Shown here in pieces: positions 1 through 9,197 of a stretch of 64,000 nucleotides of DNA. A model generated the notes under the pieces. That model saw only the letters and a program-made list of their open reading frames with translations. It searched no databases and was not told the DNA's origin. The position numbers and the translations under genes were made by a program. This DNA is from Desulfobacteraceae bacterium (GTDB taxonomy: Bacteria; Desulfobacterota; Desulfobacteria; Desulfobacterales; SKZT01). Location of the stretch: NCBI GenBank assembly GCA_011389745.1, contig JAABTQ010000008.1, forward strand, positions 61,497 through 125,496, in the 5' to 3' direction. Position 1 is the first letter of the stretch, and each line of letters begins with the position of its first letter.

Positions 1-709
1 CATGGGATATCTCTTCAAGCACGGCTGAAAGATCAGGGTTGTGTCGCCTTCCAAGTTTTTTAACCTGATCGTCTCCTTCCAGATATTTAAGGGCAAGCCA
101 TCGTGATGGAAGATCATCAGTCAAAAAACCATTGCGCTCAATCATTTCCTGCATTTTTGAAAGTGCCTGATCGATATCCGCGCCATAAGAAATTTTCAGA
201 GGCTTTGTGTTCGATAGTTTTTCAGAAAGCTTTGCGGCCGATTGCATCAACAATTCTTTTCCGGCCCCGGATCTCGCCACCATTGGAATTACCGGTACAT
301 TCAGAAATGTAGAAAGCTTTTGCGTATCCACCAGAATTCCTCGCCCCTTGGCCACATCCATCATATTCAGTGCAATGCACATGGGAAAACCCATCTCCAG
401 AAATTGAAGCGTCAAAAAGAGATTACGCTCCAGGTTGGAGGCATCAATGATGTTGATGATCATGGAGGGTTTTTCAATGACAAGAAAATCTCTGGCTACG
501 GTTTCTTCAAGTGAATAAGGTGATAAGGAATAAGTGCCGGGAAGATCCACAATGTGAAATTTCTGGTCTTTGAATACGCACATTCCCTGTTTTTTTTCCA
601 CAGTCACTCCCGGGTAATTTCCAACATGTTGGTGAGCCCCTGTAAGCAGGTTAAAAAGAGTGGTTTTTCCGGAATTAGGGTTTCCGGCTAATGCAATGGT
701 GGTTTCCAT
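1..709 (-). CDS. feoB: Ferrous iron transporter FeoB, N-terminal GTPase portion (gene continues past window start)
   Basis: Not in the ORF track because it is open to the window edge. My minus-strand translation from the ATG at 709-707 reads METTIALAGNPNSGKTTLFNLLTGAHQHVGNYPGVTVEKK... The G1 motif GNPNSGKT and the typical FeoB N-terminus are present. It starts 4 nt after the feoA stop. Confidence 0.85.
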   Translation of the reverse strand, partial: METTIALAGNPNSGKTTLFNLLTGAHQHVGNYPGVTVEKKQGMCVFKDQKFHIVDLPGTYSLSPYSLEETVARDFLVIEKPSMIINIIDASNLERNLFLTLQFLEMGFPMCIALNMMDVAKGRGILVDTQKLSTFLNVPVIPMVARSGAGKELLMQSAAKLSEKLSNTKPLKISYGADIDQALSKMQEMIERNGFLTDDLPSRWLALKYLEGDDQVKKLGRRHNPDLSAVLEEISH

Positions 710-713
710 GGGT

Positions 714-953
714 CTAAGTTACCTCTACAAAAATAAAGTCAGCTTCGTTATTTCGAAGGGTCAATGTAAAATCCATAATTTTTATGGCCACGGGATCTCG
801 TAATGGGGCATGCCCCTGAATCTGAATGGTTGCCCCGGGAACAAGTCCCATATCACGAATTCGTCGTCCCAGTTCTCCCGACGCCGTTACCCTGGCGACC
901 TGGCCGGCCTGTCCCTTGCTCATTTGTCGCATGCATATCCTGTTCATGTTCAT
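714..953 (-). CDS. feoA: FeoA family iron transport accessory protein
   Basis: 79-aa ORF with a FeoA-like SH3 pattern (GQVARV...GELGRRIRDMGLVPGATI) directly upstream of feoB. Confidence 0.85.
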   Translation of the reverse strand: MNMNRICMRQMSKGQAGQVARVTASGELGRRIRDMGLVPGATIQIQGHAPLRDPVAIKIMDFTLTLRNNEADFIFVEVT

Positions 954-984
954 CTCCTCTGTAAAAGAATTATTAGTACGATAA

Positions 985-1002
985 AGTTAGGTATACCAAA
1001 CT
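985..1002. promoter_or_regulatory. DtxR/IdeR-type iron-box-like operator upstream of feoA
   Basis: AGTTAGGTATACCAAACT is a 16/18 palindrome centred on GGTATACC and resembles TWAGGTWAGSCTWACCTWA. It is nested within perfect 10-bp inverted arms AATTATTAGT (968-977) and ACTAATAATT (1000-1009). It lies 32 nt upstream of the feoA start, and a DtxR-family gene is divergent. Confidence 0.4.
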
Positions 1003-1200
1003 AATAATTATGTCAACAACAAAATGGGGATACAAACAAAAAGTTTATTTTAACTTTTAATGTTTTGGAATATAATAAAAACAGGTATAATCAAGTGGGG
1101 CGATTGTGCCACTTGATTGACATCATTTTGGAAAAAACCATAGGCGCAGGATCGAAATCTTAAACAGTTTAATTAAAAAAGTTTTATCGGGGAAAAAAAC

Positions 1201-1719
1201 ATGATACAAATCACTGTCCGGGATTTGTCCGAGAGCATGCAGGATTATCTGGAGGCCATCCTGGCTATTCAGGAAAAAAATCAGGTGGCCAGAGTTAAAG
1301 ATATTGCGGAAAAACTTGATATTTTAAAAGGATCAGTAACCGGAGCCTTGAAAAACCTGGCCGAAAAAGGGCTCATTAATTATGAACCATACAGTTTTAT
1401 TACCCTGACCGAACAGGGGAAAGCTATCGCCGGGGAAATCACCCGCCGCCATCGGGTTATTCGGGATTTTCTGCAATGCATTCTTTTGATGGACCCTGAA
1501 GCCGCCGACCAAAATGCCTGCCGGATGGAACACGCCATGGATCGCGAGGCAGTGGATCGTCTTGTTGCTTTTATTGAATATATTTACAAGTGTCCCCGAA
1601 CCGGGGCGGACTGGATTGATGGATTTGTCAGGTATTTTTCAGGAGTAAAAGAAAGTGAAGAAGACTGCCATGCCTGTCTTGAACGTTGCGTGCAAAAATA
1701 CGAGAATAACCTGAAATGA
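1201..1719 (+). CDS. DtxR/MntR-family metal-dependent transcriptional repressor
   Basis: 172 aa. N-terminal wHTH (MQDYLEAI...VARVKDIAEKLDILKGSVTGALKNL), then a metal-binding/dimerisation region (RRHRVIRDFL...ACRMEHAM). Divergent from feoAB. Confidence 0.8.
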   Translation: MIQITVRDLSESMQDYLEAILAIQEKNQVARVKDIAEKLDILKGSVTGALKNLAEKGLINYEPYSFITLTEQGKAIAGEITRRHRVIRDFLQCILLMDPEAADQNACRMEHAMDREAVDRLVAFIEYIYKCPRTGADWIDGFVRYFSGVKESEEDCHACLERCVQKYENNLK

Positions 1720-1807
1720 CAATTCGCCTGAATGAAAATTGAATATTTCGAAAAACCTTTAACTTTTCAAAAAAACAGCGATTATATATATCATAAGGAG
1801 ATTTCGG

Positions 1808-2587
1808 ATGACTGTAAAAAAAAACTGTGATCTTGACGGAAAAAAGGGATTGATTCTTGGAATTGCTAACGAGGATTCTATCGCCTATGGTTGTGCCAAG
1901 GCTTTTCGATCCCTGGGAGCCGATCTGGCGATTACCTATCTTAATATAAAAGCAAAGCCTTTTGTTGAACCTTTGGCAAAATCTTTGGATGCCCCTATTT
2001 TTGTGCCATGCGATGTTCGTGAAAAAGGCCAATTGGAAGCTGTCTTTGAAAGTATTAGCGAAAAATGGGGAACTCTGGATTTTGTAGTTCACTCCATCGC
2101 TTTTGCGCCTCGCGAGGACCTTCATGGCAGAGTCGTGGATTGTTCTCAGGAAGGTTTTTCATTGGCAATGGATGTTTCTTGCCATTCTTTTATAAGAGTG
2201 GCAAGGTTGGCCGAACCCCTAATGAAAAACGGGGGATCTTTATTTACCATGAGTTTTTATGGTGCGGAAAAGGTGGTTGAGCATTATAATTTGATGGGAC
2301 CTGTGAAAGCGGCGCTTGAGGCATCCGTTCGTTATATGGCCCATGAACTTGGACCAAAAGGCATTCGGGTATACGCCATTTCCCCGGGACCGGTAAGAAC
2401 CCGCGCTGCCTCTGGAATTGACAGATTTGACGAATTGATGAACAGAGCGGCTGAACGTGCGCCGGTAAACAAGCTTCTTTCCATTGATGATGTGGGTATG
2501 GCAACGGCAATGTTGGCTACGGACGCGGCAAAATTGATCACCGGGGTCACTCAGTATATTGATGGCGGATATCACATTCTGGGATGA
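1808..2587 (+). CDS. fabI: Enoyl-ACP reductase (NADH), FabI
   Basis: 259 aa with GIANEDSIAYG, the SFYGAEKVVEHYNLMGPVKAALE motif (Tyr/Lys), and ISPGPVRT. SD AAGGAG lies upstream. Confidence 0.85.
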   Translation: MTVKKNCDLDGKKGLILGIANEDSIAYGCAKAFRSLGADLAITYLNIKAKPFVEPLAKSLDAPIFVPCDVREKGQLEAVFESISEKWGTLDFVVHSIAFAPREDLHGRVVDCSQEGFSLAMDVSCHSFIRVARLAEPLMKNGGSLFTMSFYGAEKVVEHYNLMGPVKAALEASVRYMAHELGPKGIRVYAISPGPVRTRAASGIDRFDELMNRAAERAPVNKLLSIDDVGMATAMLATDAAKLITGVTQYIDGGYHILG

Positions 2588-2624
2588 TTTTTTCATTTTA
2601 TATGGCTTCAGGTAAGGCGGATTG

Positions 2625-4310
2625 ATGAAAAGAATAGTGGGTTGTATTTTTTTGATAACCACCATGATTTTGGTGCCGGCAGGTTTGTTTGCGAATCAGG
2701 ATGGTTTGTTGAAGGTGGGTGATTTGCTGCGAAGTCGGGTCGCTGTGGCCAATGATCACCGGGTGTTATTTGTTGCGGAAAATAAAATTCATTCAGTTGA
2801 ATCGCTTGTGAGATTTTATGAGTTACGCGACTTTGAACCTGCATGGACCATACAAGGGGAACCTAGGGATTATGTAAAAGCATTTTTGACGGTATTAGGC
2901 GCGGCAGATCAACACGGGCTTCGTCCGGAGATCTATCATATCCGGACCATCGGTAAAATTCTGGGAAATTTGGAAGCGATCGCGCAGATCAAATCTGATT
3001 CAGATATTTATCTGTTAGCGGACCTGGATATGCTTTTGACTGACGCGTTTTTAACATATGGATCTCATCTTCTTGCCGGTCAAGTAAACCCGGAAACTTT
3101 TGATCCTGAATGGATCGCCAATCGACGAGGCGCCGATATGGCGGCAATTTTACAATATGCACTCGATTTCGGAGCTATATATGAAACCCTGAGGTCACTT
3201 TGGCCAAAACATGAGGGGTATATTCGTCTTTACGAAACGTTTAACCAGTATCGTTTACTTATGGAAAACGGGGTCAAATGGCCTTTGGTAGCTGACGGGT
3301 TTAAGATGCAATTAGGTGATCGTCATGAGCGGGTGGCGATGCTTCGTGCACGATTAGCGGATGATCCCGAATTGCAAGCTGGATTCCTGGCTGGTGAAAC
3401 CGATTTGTTTGATAAAAACCTGGAAATGGCGGTCATTGATTTCCAAAGCAGGCGCGGACTTGAGATGGATGGTATAGTGGGGCCGGCAACATTGGCGGCA
3501 TTGAATACCTCCCTGGAAGAAAACGTGGAACGGATCAGATTAAACCTCGAGCGATGGCGATGGCTTCCCGAAGATTTGGGTATCCGCAATGTTCAGGTCA
3601 ATATTGCGGATTTTAAGTTGAAAGTGATTGAACGGCAACATAACGTTCTGGAACTGAAAATTATTGTGGGAAAAGATTATCGACAAACCCCTGTATTCAG
3701 CGATAAAATATCCTACATTGTGTTAAATCCATCCTGGCACGTACCTCAAAGCATTGCCGTGAATGACAAGCTGCCCCTGATAAAAAAAAATCCGGGATAT
3801 CTTGCTCAGCAAAAGATGCGCTTATTTTCCAGTTGGAGATCCGATGCAAAGGAACTCAATCCGTATCATATCGATTGGAGAAAAGTGACGGAGTCAAACT
3901 TTTCATACAGACTTCGCCAGGAACCTGGTCCCAATAATGCCCTGGGTCGTATAAAGTTCATGTTTCCCAATCGTTTTAATGTCTATCTGCATGATACGCC
4001 ATCCCGTGAACTTTTTAACAGATCCAACCGGACATTCAGTTCAGGATGTATCCGGGTACAAAACCCCGAGGAACTGGCGCTGTATCTTCTTAACGATGAT
4101 CCCCGATGGGACCGGGAAAAACTTCGCAATGCCTTGAATACCATGAAAGAACGATCCATAAGGCTTCCAGCGCCCGTACCGGTTCATCTTCTGTACTGGA
4201 CCGTGTTTATTGATGAAGACGGTGTTGTGCAGTTCAGAAATGATATTTACGGACGGGATGCCCAACTGGCAAAGGCGTTGGAGGAACTTTTTTTAAATGT
4301 TGACAAATAA
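2625..4310 (+). CDS. Murein L,D-transpeptidase (YcbB/LdtD-like) with peptidoglycan-binding domain
   Basis: Signal peptide, a PG_binding_1-like segment (FQSRRGLEMDGIVGPATLAALN), and a YkuD catalytic motif (HDTPSRELFNRSNRTFSSGCIRV). ATG at 2625 is preferred over TTG at 2622. Confidence 0.8.
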   Translation: MKRIVGCIFLITTMILVPAGLFANQDGLLKVGDLLRSRVAVANDHRVLFVAENKIHSVESLVRFYELRDFEPAWTIQGEPRDYVKAFLTVLGAADQHGLRPEIYHIRTIGKILGNLEAIAQIKSDSDIYLLADLDMLLTDAFLTYGSHLLAGQVNPETFDPEWIANRRGADMAAILQYALDFGAIYETLRSLWPKHEGYIRLYETFNQYRLLMENGVKWPLVADGFKMQLGDRHERVAMLRARLADDPELQAGFLAGETDLFDKNLEMAVIDFQSRRGLEMDGIVGPATLAALNTSLEENVERIRLNLERWRWLPEDLGIRNVQVNIADFKLKVIERQHNVLELKIIVGKDYRQTPVFSDKISYIVLNPSWHVPQSIAVNDKLPLIKKNPGYLAQQKMRLFSSWRSDAKELNPYHIDWRKVTESNFSYRLRQEPGPNNALGRIKFMFPNRFNVYLHDTPSRELFNRSNRTFSSGCIRVQNPEELALYLLNDDPRWDREKLRNALNTMKERSIRLPAPVPVHLLYWTVFIDEDGVVQFRNDIYGRDAQLAKALEELFLNVDK

Positions 4311-4329
4311 GTTCTCATCTGATTTGATC

Positions 4330-4357
4330 TTGACAGGAATATAAATTCCTATATTTT
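4330..4357 (+). promoter_or_regulatory. Putative sigma70 promoter with overlapping inverted repeat upstream of the osmoprotectant ABC operon
   Basis: TTGACA (4330-4335), 16 nt, TATTTT (4352-4357). The spacer contains GGAAT-ATAA-ATTCC. Confidence 0.35.
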
Positions 4358-4464
4358 TCCTGAATTTCATTAATTAGTGGGTCTCTGGCGACAATCTCAC
4401 AAAATGTTAGCCAAAGCCTGGCGTCATCCCAAAATAATATTTTCAGCAATTGGGAGGAAAAGCC

Positions 4465-5118
4465 ATGGAAATCTGGCATTTTATTACCCAAAACTGGCGT
4501 GAACTGATAACTTTATTTGGCGAGCATGCATATATCGTTGGCATTGCCATTATTATCGCCATTTTCACTGGTGTGCCCATCGGTATCTGGATCAGTTTCA
4601 ATAAAAAGGCGGCTGAAATTGTTCTTTATATCGCCGGCATTATTATGACGGTGCCATCCATCGCACTATTCGGTATCATGATTCCTGTTTTGTCCATTTT
4701 CGGACACGGCATCGGCAGTGTACCCGCCGTCGTCGCCCTGGTGCTTTACGCACAACTTCCCATCATTCGCAACACCTACGCCGCCATCAAAAATGTGAAT
4801 CCCAACATCATTGACGCCGGAGTAGGTATGGGAATGACCCGGTCACAAGTATTGTTGAAAGTTCAGTTACCCATGGCCCTGAGTATTATTTTTGCCGGTG
4901 TGCGTGTTGCAGTGGTCATGTCTATCGGAATCGGTGCTATTGCGGCTTATATCGGTGCGGGTGGTCTTGGCCACTATATTTTCATGGGCATCAACCAGAC
5001 CTATGACGCAATGATCAAAGTCGGCGCGATCAGCGTGGCGATTATGGCTATCGGAGTAGATTATATTTTTGGCCTTATAGAAAACCGACTGGTCAGCAAA
5101 GGATTGAGGTTATCATGA
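4465..5118 (+). CDS. Osmoprotectant (glycine betaine/choline/carnitine-type) ABC transporter permease
   Basis: Multi-TM BPD_transp_1-like ORF. ATG 4465 follows GGGAGGA. It is the first gene of a permease-ATPase-permease-SBP operon (the YehWXYZ/OpuC arrangement). Confidence 0.8.
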   Translation: MEIWHFITQNWRELITLFGEHAYIVGIAIIIAIFTGVPIGIWISFNKKAAEIVLYIAGIIMTVPSIALFGIMIPVLSIFGHGIGSVPAVVALVLYAQLPIIRNTYAAIKNVNPNIIDAGVGMGMTRSQVLLKVQLPMALSIIFAGVRVAVVMSIGIGAIAAYIGAGGLGHYIFMGINQTYDAMIKVGAISVAIMAIGVDYIFGLIENRLVSKGLRLS

Positions 5119-6266
5119 TCACCTTTGAACGTGTTTCCAAAATATATCCAGGGACCAATATTCCGGCAATCGACAATGTCAGGTTTGAAGTTCCGGAAGG
5201 TGAAATCTGCGTTATTATCGGGCCGTCGGGTTGCGGCAAAACCACCTTAATGCGGATGATTAACAGGCTGATTCCAATTACTTCAGGAGTTATTTCAATA
5301 AAAGGCCAAAACGTGTCTGAAATGGATGTGATTAAGCTGCGCCGGAGTATCGGTTATGCCATTCAACAAATCGGGTTGTTTCCTCACATGACCGTTTACG
5401 ATAATATTGCCACAGTGCCCAGGCTGCTAAAATGGGATAAACAACGTATCGCAGCCAGAGTTGATGAACTATTGAGTCTAGTGGGATTGGAGCCGGATAT
5501 ATTCCGTTTCCGATATCCCCGCGAATTAAGCGGCGGCCAGGCCCAGCGTATCGGTGTGGTGCGTGCCTTGGCCACTGATCCGCCTGTGATGCTTATGGAT
5601 GAACCTTTTGGTGCTATCGACCCTATTAACCGTGAAGTTTTACAGGATGAATTTCTTAGAATTCAGGAAAAAGTCAAAAAAACCATCATTTTTGTGACCC
5701 ATGATATTCATGAAGCCATAAAAATGGGGGATAAGATTGCACTGCTGGAAACCGGCCGTCTGGTTCAGTATGATACTCCGGAAGGTTTGTTGGTCAACCC
5801 TAAAAATCGTTTTGTTAAAGATTTTGTAGGAGCCGACCGCGCTTTGAAGCGCCTTGATCTGCTAAAGGTCAAAGATGCCATGATGCAAAATCCGGTTCAT
5901 TGTCATATGGAAGATGATGCTGAAGTCGTTTCACAACACATGCTGGAAAATGAACTTACATTTTTACTGGTGGCCGACCAGAACGAGAAATTACACGGGT
6001 ACGTCAACCACTATGAACTTAAAGGTCACCATGGCAAGGTGAAAGATCTGGTAAGGCCTATGACCATAACCGTCAAACCGGAACAAAATCTTAAAGACGC
6101 TTTAAGTAAGATGTTGTCTTATGATATCGGTATCGTGGTGGTTGTTGATGATGACGGAAAACTGCTGGGGGTTTTAAACACCCGCACGTTACTGTCCGTG
6201 GTGGGTGAAACCTATGATGAACGAGGCGGGGTCTGGGGTAAAATCACATCCAGGGGGAGGATTTAA
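5115..6266 (+). CDS. Osmoprotectant ABC transporter ATP-binding protein with C-terminal CBS pair
   Basis: Walker A GPSGCGKTT, signature LSGGQAQR, Walker B MLMDEPF, and a C-terminal CBS-like tandem. There is a 4-nt start/stop overlap with the upstream permease. Confidence 0.85.
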   Translation: MITFERVSKIYPGTNIPAIDNVRFEVPEGEICVIIGPSGCGKTTLMRMINRLIPITSGVISIKGQNVSEMDVIKLRRSIGYAIQQIGLFPHMTVYDNIATVPRLLKWDKQRIAARVDELLSLVGLEPDIFRFRYPRELSGGQAQRIGVVRALATDPPVMLMDEPFGAIDPINREVLQDEFLRIQEKVKKTIIFVTHDIHEAIKMGDKIALLETGRLVQYDTPEGLLVNPKNRFVKDFVGADRALKRLDLLKVKDAMMQNPVHCHMEDDAEVVSQHMLENELTFLLVADQNEKLHGYVNHYELKGHHGKVKDLVRPMTITVKPEQNLKDALSKMLSYDIGIVVVVDDDGKLLGVLNTRTLLSVVGETYDERGGVWGKITSRGRI

Positions 6267-6268
6267 CC

Positions 6269-7009
6269 GTGATTGATGTCAAACCCGCAAGCTCCGGCAG
6301 TGACAGGATATGGATGTGGATCGCCATAGGCACGGCTTTTGCCGGAGGCGCCTTTGTGCAGAGAATGGGGTTTTTTGATTTTGTTCAGAAAAATCCCGGA
6401 GAAATTTGGAAACTGCTTTTGGAGCATATCCAACTGGTTGGAATTTCCAGTGCCATATCCATCAGCATCGGAGTACCGATGGGCATCTTATTAACAAGGG
6501 GATTCATGAGGCGCTATCGGGACTGGGTGTTGAATTTTTTAGGTATCTGCCAAACGGTTCCGTCACTGGCGGTAATCGCCATTTCTATGACCTATATTGG
6601 TATCGGTCCTAAAACCGCTATCTTCGCGCTGGTCATCTATGGATTGATGCCGATCATCCGCAATGCCGTGGCCGGCCTGGCCGGTGTTGATCAGGTCATC
6701 CTGGATGCCGGGCGGGGAATGGGTATGAATTCCCGTCAACTTTTATTCAGGGTGGAGCTTCCCAATGCCATGTATATCATCCTTACGGGAATTCGTACAT
6801 CAACGGTAATCAATGTAGGTACGGCGGCCATGAGTTTTCTGGTGGGCGGGGGCGGGTTGGGTGACCTGATTTTTACAGGTATTGCCATGGTCGATCCTGC
6901 GTATATGCTGGCCGGTGCTATTCCCACAGCCTGCCTGGCGGTTTTTATGAACTGGGGATTCGGAAAGATTGAAAAATGGATTGTGAGTCCCGGCCTGGTT
7001 TATGACTGA
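6269..7009 (+). CDS. Osmoprotectant ABC transporter permease (second)
   Basis: 246-aa multi-TM paralogue of 4465..5118 with a GTG start. Confidence 0.8.
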   Translation: MIDVKPASSGSDRIWMWIAIGTAFAGGAFVQRMGFFDFVQKNPGEIWKLLLEHIQLVGISSAISISIGVPMGILLTRGFMRRYRDWVLNFLGICQTVPSLAVIAISMTYIGIGPKTAIFALVIYGLMPIIRNAVAGLAGVDQVILDAGRGMGMNSRQLLFRVELPNAMYIILTGIRTSTVINVGTAAMSFLVGGGGLGDLIFTGIAMVDPAYMLAGAIPTACLAVFMNWGFGKIEKWIVSPGLVYD

Positions 7010-7027
7010 TTAACTTAAAAGGAGAAA

Positions 7028-7945
7028 ATGATGCGACAAAAAATGAAAATATCGGTAGTTATTATGTGTATGTTTTTTATAACGCTTTTTTCACTGGCAA
7101 ATGTCATGGCAACGGATAAAAAGCTGGTGGTGGGTGCCAAAAATTTTACCGAACAGCGAATCCTGGGATATATCATGATCGAGCTTCTGGAAAAACATGG
7201 ATTTTCATGCCGGGATCGCACCGGACTGGGAGGAACCCTGGTTGCCCGAAATGCGCTGGAAAACCGTCAGATCGATATATATATGGAATATACCGGTACC
7301 GGCCTGATCACGATCCTGAAACATGAAACACCCATTACCGATCCTCAGGAGTGTTACGACACCGTTAAAGCCGAAGACCTTGAAAAAAACGGTCTGGTCT
7401 GGTTGCCCTATATGTCATTTAACAATACCTATTGTTTGTTGATGCGGAAAGAAGAATCTGAAAATCTGGGCATCAAATCTTTGTCGGACCTGTCGGCCTA
7501 TGTCAAAGCCAACCCCGATGCCATCAATTTCGGTACCAATGAAGAATTTTATGCGCGTCCGGATGGTTACAAACCTTTGCAGGCAACTTATGGATTTGAG
7601 TTTCCTGATCGGCAAATCAGAAAAATGGCCCCGGGTTTGCTCTATCAAGGATTGAGGGATGGACAGTTAAATGTGGCCATGGGTTTTGCCACAGATGGCA
7701 GGATCAAAGGTTTTGACCTGGTGGTGCTGGAAGATGACAAGAATTTTTTTCCTGTGTATAATCCTGCGCCGGTAGTGCATAAGGAAACCGCGGAAAAATA
7801 CCCGGAACTGGAAGATATTTTCCGTAAGCTGGGTGAAAAACTGGATACCGAAGCCATAACCAATTTGAATTATCAGGTGGATGTGGAGCGTAAATCACCA
7901 AGAAACGCCGCTGCAGACTGGTTGAAAAGTGTGGGATTGATTTAA
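7028..7945 (+). CDS. Glycine betaine/choline-type substrate-binding protein (OpuAC/OpuCC family)
   Basis: Signal peptide plus an OpuAC-like pattern (VGAKNFTEQRILG...YMEYTGTG...). SD AAGGAGAAA lies upstream. Confidence 0.8.
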   Translation: MMRQKMKISVVIMCMFFITLFSLANVMATDKKLVVGAKNFTEQRILGYIMIELLEKHGFSCRDRTGLGGTLVARNALENRQIDIYMEYTGTGLITILKHETPITDPQECYDTVKAEDLEKNGLVWLPYMSFNNTYCLLMRKEESENLGIKSLSDLSAYVKANPDAINFGTNEEFYARPDGYKPLQATYGFEFPDRQIRKMAPGLLYQGLRDGQLNVAMGFATDGRIKGFDLVVLEDDKNFFPVYNPAPVVHKETAEKYPELEDIFRKLGEKLDTEAITNLNYQVDVERKSPRNAAADWLKSVGLI

Positions 7946-7964
7946 AGCGGCAGGAGATTGTTTC

Positions 7965-9029
7965 ATGCCCCGATTTATCAGGAAAGTATCCCGGAAAGCA
8001 GGGCTCCCTCCCGGAGCCCTGGTACATATCGGAAAGGAAAGAACAGAAAAAGTCCTTGTCTCGATAATGGACTTTGATCATGACAATTTTCAGGAAACAA
8101 ATCTGGATACCATTGATGATATATTTTCGCGTGAACAACACTTTCCGTTAAGATGGATCAATATCACCGGTGTGCACCAGGTCGATTTTATCGAAAAAAT
8201 CGGAAAACATTTCAATATTCATCCCCTCAGCCTGGAGGACATTGTCAACACCGGCCAGCGATCAAAGGTTGAGGACTATGACCATTACCTTTATCTGGTT
8301 TCCAGGATGCTCTATTTTGATGAATCCAAAGGTGAATTCCATTCTGAACAGATCAGCATCGTCCTGGGAGAGGGTTTTTTGATTTCATTTCAGGAAATCG
8401 AAGGGGATGTTTTCAACGGAGTTCGTGAAAGAATACGGAAGGGCAGGGGAAGAATCCGTCATTCAGGATGCGACTACCTGGCATATTCTCTGCTCGATGC
8501 CATTGTGGACAATTATTTTGTCGTATTGGGTATTTTCGGTGATAAAATTGAGTGGCTGGATGAAGAACTTCTGGAAAATCCTTCTCCGGAGATTTCCCGA
8601 ATGATCCATGAAATGAAACGTGAGATGATTTATTTAAGAAAGCAGGTGTGGCCGCTGCGCGAGGTGCTGGGAAACCTGTCCAAGGCAGGATCTGTCCTGG
8701 TCAAAGAATCCACGGTCATTTACTTAAGAGATGTCTATGATCATACCATTCAGGTCATGGATACCATAGAATCCTACAGGGATATTCTTTCGGGCATGAT
8801 GGACAACTATTTATTAGTGGTGAGCACTAAAATGAATGAAGTGATGAAACTGCTGACAATCATTGCCACCATATTTATACCCATCACTTTTGTGGTAGGA
8901 TTATACGGCATGAATTTTCACTATATGCCGGAACTGGAATGGAGATGGGGTTATTTCGCGGTTCTGGCATTTATGCTCTGTATGGTTGTCTTCATGCTGA
9001 TTTGTTTCAAAAGAAAAAACTGGCTGTGA
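7965..9029 (+). CDS. corA: Magnesium/cobalt transporter CorA
   Basis: 354 aa with the C-terminal YGMNF (GMN) motif between two TM helices. Confidence 0.85.
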   Translation: MPRFIRKVSRKAGLPPGALVHIGKERTEKVLVSIMDFDHDNFQETNLDTIDDIFSREQHFPLRWINITGVHQVDFIEKIGKHFNIHPLSLEDIVNTGQRSKVEDYDHYLYLVSRMLYFDESKGEFHSEQISIVLGEGFLISFQEIEGDVFNGVRERIRKGRGRIRHSGCDYLAYSLLDAIVDNYFVVLGIFGDKIEWLDEELLENPSPEISRMIHEMKREMIYLRKQVWPLREVLGNLSKAGSVLVKESTVIYLRDVYDHTIQVMDTIESYRDILSGMMDNYLLVVSTKMNEVMKLLTIIATIFIPITFVVGLYGMNFHYMPELEWRWGYFAVLAFMLCMVVFMLICFKRKNWL

Positions 9030-9197
9030 ATATTTATATCCTCTGCCCACTCAAACCACTGCTTTTCTGCCTGCCTTCTTCTCTGTCCTCCTGAAGAGAT
9101 TGACAATACCCCAACTTTACAAGTTCCCTATTAAATGGTATCCATTTTCTGAGTTATTAAGAATCGTTATCATCAACTTTTACAACAAAAGGAACGT

